A stretch of DNA of 63,842 nt, the filler included, from Octopus bimaculoides (lineage: Eukaryota), in NCBI RefSeq assembly GCF_001194135.2. It is 6 parts of 6 records of this genome, joined end to end, with 100 filler letters (N's around TTAATTAATTAA, not from the genome) between each part and the next. Parts side by side here need not be neighbours in the genome. Positions count along the whole stretch, not along the records: positions 57,207 to 63,842 come from NC_069008.1; 5 more parts are not named here. One strand, written 5' to 3'. The notes beneath the pieces are model-generated. The model searched no databases. It had not been told where the DNA came from and saw nothing but the letters and a program-made list of their open reading frames with translations. Numbering within the stretch: position 1 is the first letter of the stretch; each line of letters begins with the position of its first letter. Position numbers and translations under genes: made by a program. Shown here piece by piece: positions 61,548-63,842 of the stretch.

Positions 61548-62819
61548 TTTCTCTCCTGTATGAACATATTTGTGTATAGTCAAGTGATTGCTTCGAGAGA
61601 ATGATTTACCACAGAAATCACAGCAAAATGGTTTCTCTCCTGTATGAACATATTTGTGTATAGTCAAGTGATTGTTTTGAGAGAATGATTTCCCACAGAT
61701 ATCACAGTCATATGGTGTCTCTCCTGTGTGAATACGCCTGTGTTGAGTTAAATGACTGTTTATAGGGAATGATTTACCACAGATATCACAGTGAAATGGT
61801 GTCTCTCCTGTGTGAATATGCCTGTGTTTAGTTAAACTACCGCATTGAGAGAATGTTCTACCACAGAAATCACAGTGAAATGGTTTCTCTCCGGAATGAA
61901 TACGTTTGTGACTAGTTAAAGCACAGCTTACGGAGAATGATTTACCACAGATATCACAGTGAAATGGCTTTTCTCCTGTATGAATACGTTTGTGATTAAC
62001 CAAGACATGTCTGTAGGAGAATAAATTACCACAAATATCACAGTGATATGGCTTTTCTCCTGTATGACTTCGTTTGTGACTAGTTAAATTACTGTTTACA
62101 GAGAATGATTTACCACAAATATCACAGTAAAATGGTTTCTCTTCTGTGTGAATACGTCTGTGTATAGTTAAATCACCGCTCGCAGTGAATGATTTACCAC
62201 AGAGATTGCAGCAAAATGGCTTCTCTCCTGTATGAATACGTTTGTGAGAAGTTAAATGACAGTTTCTAGAAAATGATTTCCCACAGATATCGCAGTGAAA
62301 TGGCTTCTCTCCTGTGTGAATACGCCGGTGTTTAGTTAAATCACCATTTGCAGTGAATGATTTACCACAGATATCACATTGAAATGGTTTTTCTCCTGTG
62401 TGAATACGTCTGTGTCTAGTTAAATGACTGCTTGTAGGGAATGATTTACCACAGATATCACAAGGAAATGGTTTATCTCCTGTGTGAAAACGTTTGTGAC
62501 TAATTAAGGCACTTATATCAGAGAATGACTTCCCACAGAAATCACACTCATACGGCTTCTCACCTGTATGAATACGCTTATGTCTAGTTAAGTGATTGTT
62601 TTGGGAGAATGATTTACCACAGGTATCACAGTCAAATGGTTTTTCTCCTGTGTGAATACGTCTATGCATAGTTAAACTACCGCTTACAGAGAATGATTTA
62701 CCACAGATATCACAGTGAAATGGTCTCTCTCCTGTGTGAATACGTCTGTGTATATTTAAGTCCCTTCTTTGAGAGAATACTTTACCACAGATATCACAAT
62801 GATAGAATGATTTTCGCAT
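61548..62819 (-). CDS. Tandem C2H2 zinc-finger protein, 15 complete fingers, no effector domain; 3' end runs into an N gap
   Basis: Uninterrupted 84-bp-period ORF: 15 x C-X2-C-X3-F-X5-L-X2-H-X3-H with TGEKPF/Y linkers. First ATG at 62819 ([13 protein letters not shown]); the track start at 62858 is a TTG. Stop not visible (gap 61193-61547). Confidence 0.92.
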
Positions 62820-62981
62820 ATCTTTCAAAATTACTTTGAGGAATAAATATAGACCCAATCCTTAGAGTTTCTCACCACATTAAATTTTTACCCCTATCTT
62901 TCTCCTTCTTCTTGTTATAGTTTATTCCTTACAAATATATTCCATGCGATCAATTGCGAACTTCACTGATATCTAAAGATG

Positions 62982-63030
62982 CTATAAATTTAGAAAGTCA
63001 TCAAAGAGTAACGAGAAGGCAAAGCATCAG
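62982..63030 (-). other. Candidate splice acceptor at the 5' edge of the ZNF exon
   Basis: Minus strand GCTTTGCCTTCTCGTTACTCTTTGATGACTTTCTAAATTTATAG|CATC; a possible upstream donor ATG|GTAAGT at 63812/63811. Confidence 0.3.
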
Positions 63031-63842
63031 ATATTGAAGTAGAAAAATGTTGCTACTAATCTCAGTTCAGAGCAAACATTTCATAGAATTTCTACCAGAG
63101 ATTTATAGAAATAGGCTTAGATGTGTTCTGTATAACCTTTTTCTTCAAGACTTTAAAAGACGAAAAATGTTGAAGATGTATTCGTTATAAAAGAGAATTT
63201 CTTTCATGCCAATGTCCTCTGGTAATCTGAAATGATAAAGAAACAGTATTAGATATAGAGGAGAGATTAAAATGGAAACGTTACATTTCTTTAGTAATTA
63301 ACAACTTACATCATATAACATTGGGTGAAATGTTTCGGATTCCCTAACTTCAACAAAAACTATGCTGACGAAAACTTTAGATCTAAAGATGAAGTGTACA
63401 AGATGATGATGTAATACTTGTAATATAATGACTTCAAACAGGTCGGGAACAAATTAGCCGTCAGTCATTTTGCCCCACCACCACTTTTATTTTTCACAAG
63501 GGAACAAAAATCGCCGGGGCATATCTCTGTAGTTATGCCGTAAATTTACTGACAAAATATGTATTATTAAACGATTAAAGGACTCAAAAGAAAATTACAC
63601 AAATCGGGTGAGAAAAGTGGAAATATCGATTCCTAAGAAGAAAACCGTTGTGAGGGAGGTCTTACTCCTTGTCTTCAGGAATACTTAAAAAGCTGACAAA
63701 TGTCTGTAAATATAGACTAATCTCCTATGGTTCAGTTTCTTGTCTTAAATATCACAGACCTCCGTTCACAAGTGTGGAACAGATGTTATGTAGATATATT
63801 TTTTTACTTACCATTAGAATACTTGTTGACCAGGATCCGTTC

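Overview
AT-rich, microsatellite-saturated animal DNA, most likely from an octopus (inferred from the dense tRNA-SINE families, simple-repeat load and KRAB-less [15 protein letters not shown] zinc-finger array; not verified by search). About 8 kb (~12%) is N. Five artificial 100-bp spacers (44 N + TTAATTAATTAA + 44 N) split the window into six scaffold pieces whose adjacency is not sequence-supported. The only solid gene is a minus-strand C2H2 zinc-finger ORF with 15 complete fingers (62819 down to the gap at 61548), followed by decayed finger remnants. The rest is a layered transposon landscape: five SINE-like families, Tx1/L1, CR1-type, R4/Dong-type and RTE LINE pieces, Penelope-like RT and GIY-YIG remnants, a Helitron, three Tc1/mariner relics, a Ty3/Gypsy fragment and a MITE with a telomere-repeat palindrome. 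The most interesting signals are: (i) SINE 3' tails matching LINE 3' ends in the same window (a Tx1-type tail on one SINE subfamily; a covarying stem-loop shared by another SINE and a CR1-type LINE); (ii) at least three families of minimal type I hammerhead ribozymes with palindromic stem III; (iii) microsatellite-targeted LINE insertions (Tx1 inside (GATA)n, three Dong-like copies stacked in (AAT)n); (iv) tandem reiteration of SINE 5' ends; (v) a few low-confidence host exon candidates, including a kinesin-like first exon. No CRISPR array, rRNA or intact tRNA. All alignments were made by eye; family names and novelty need database confirmation.
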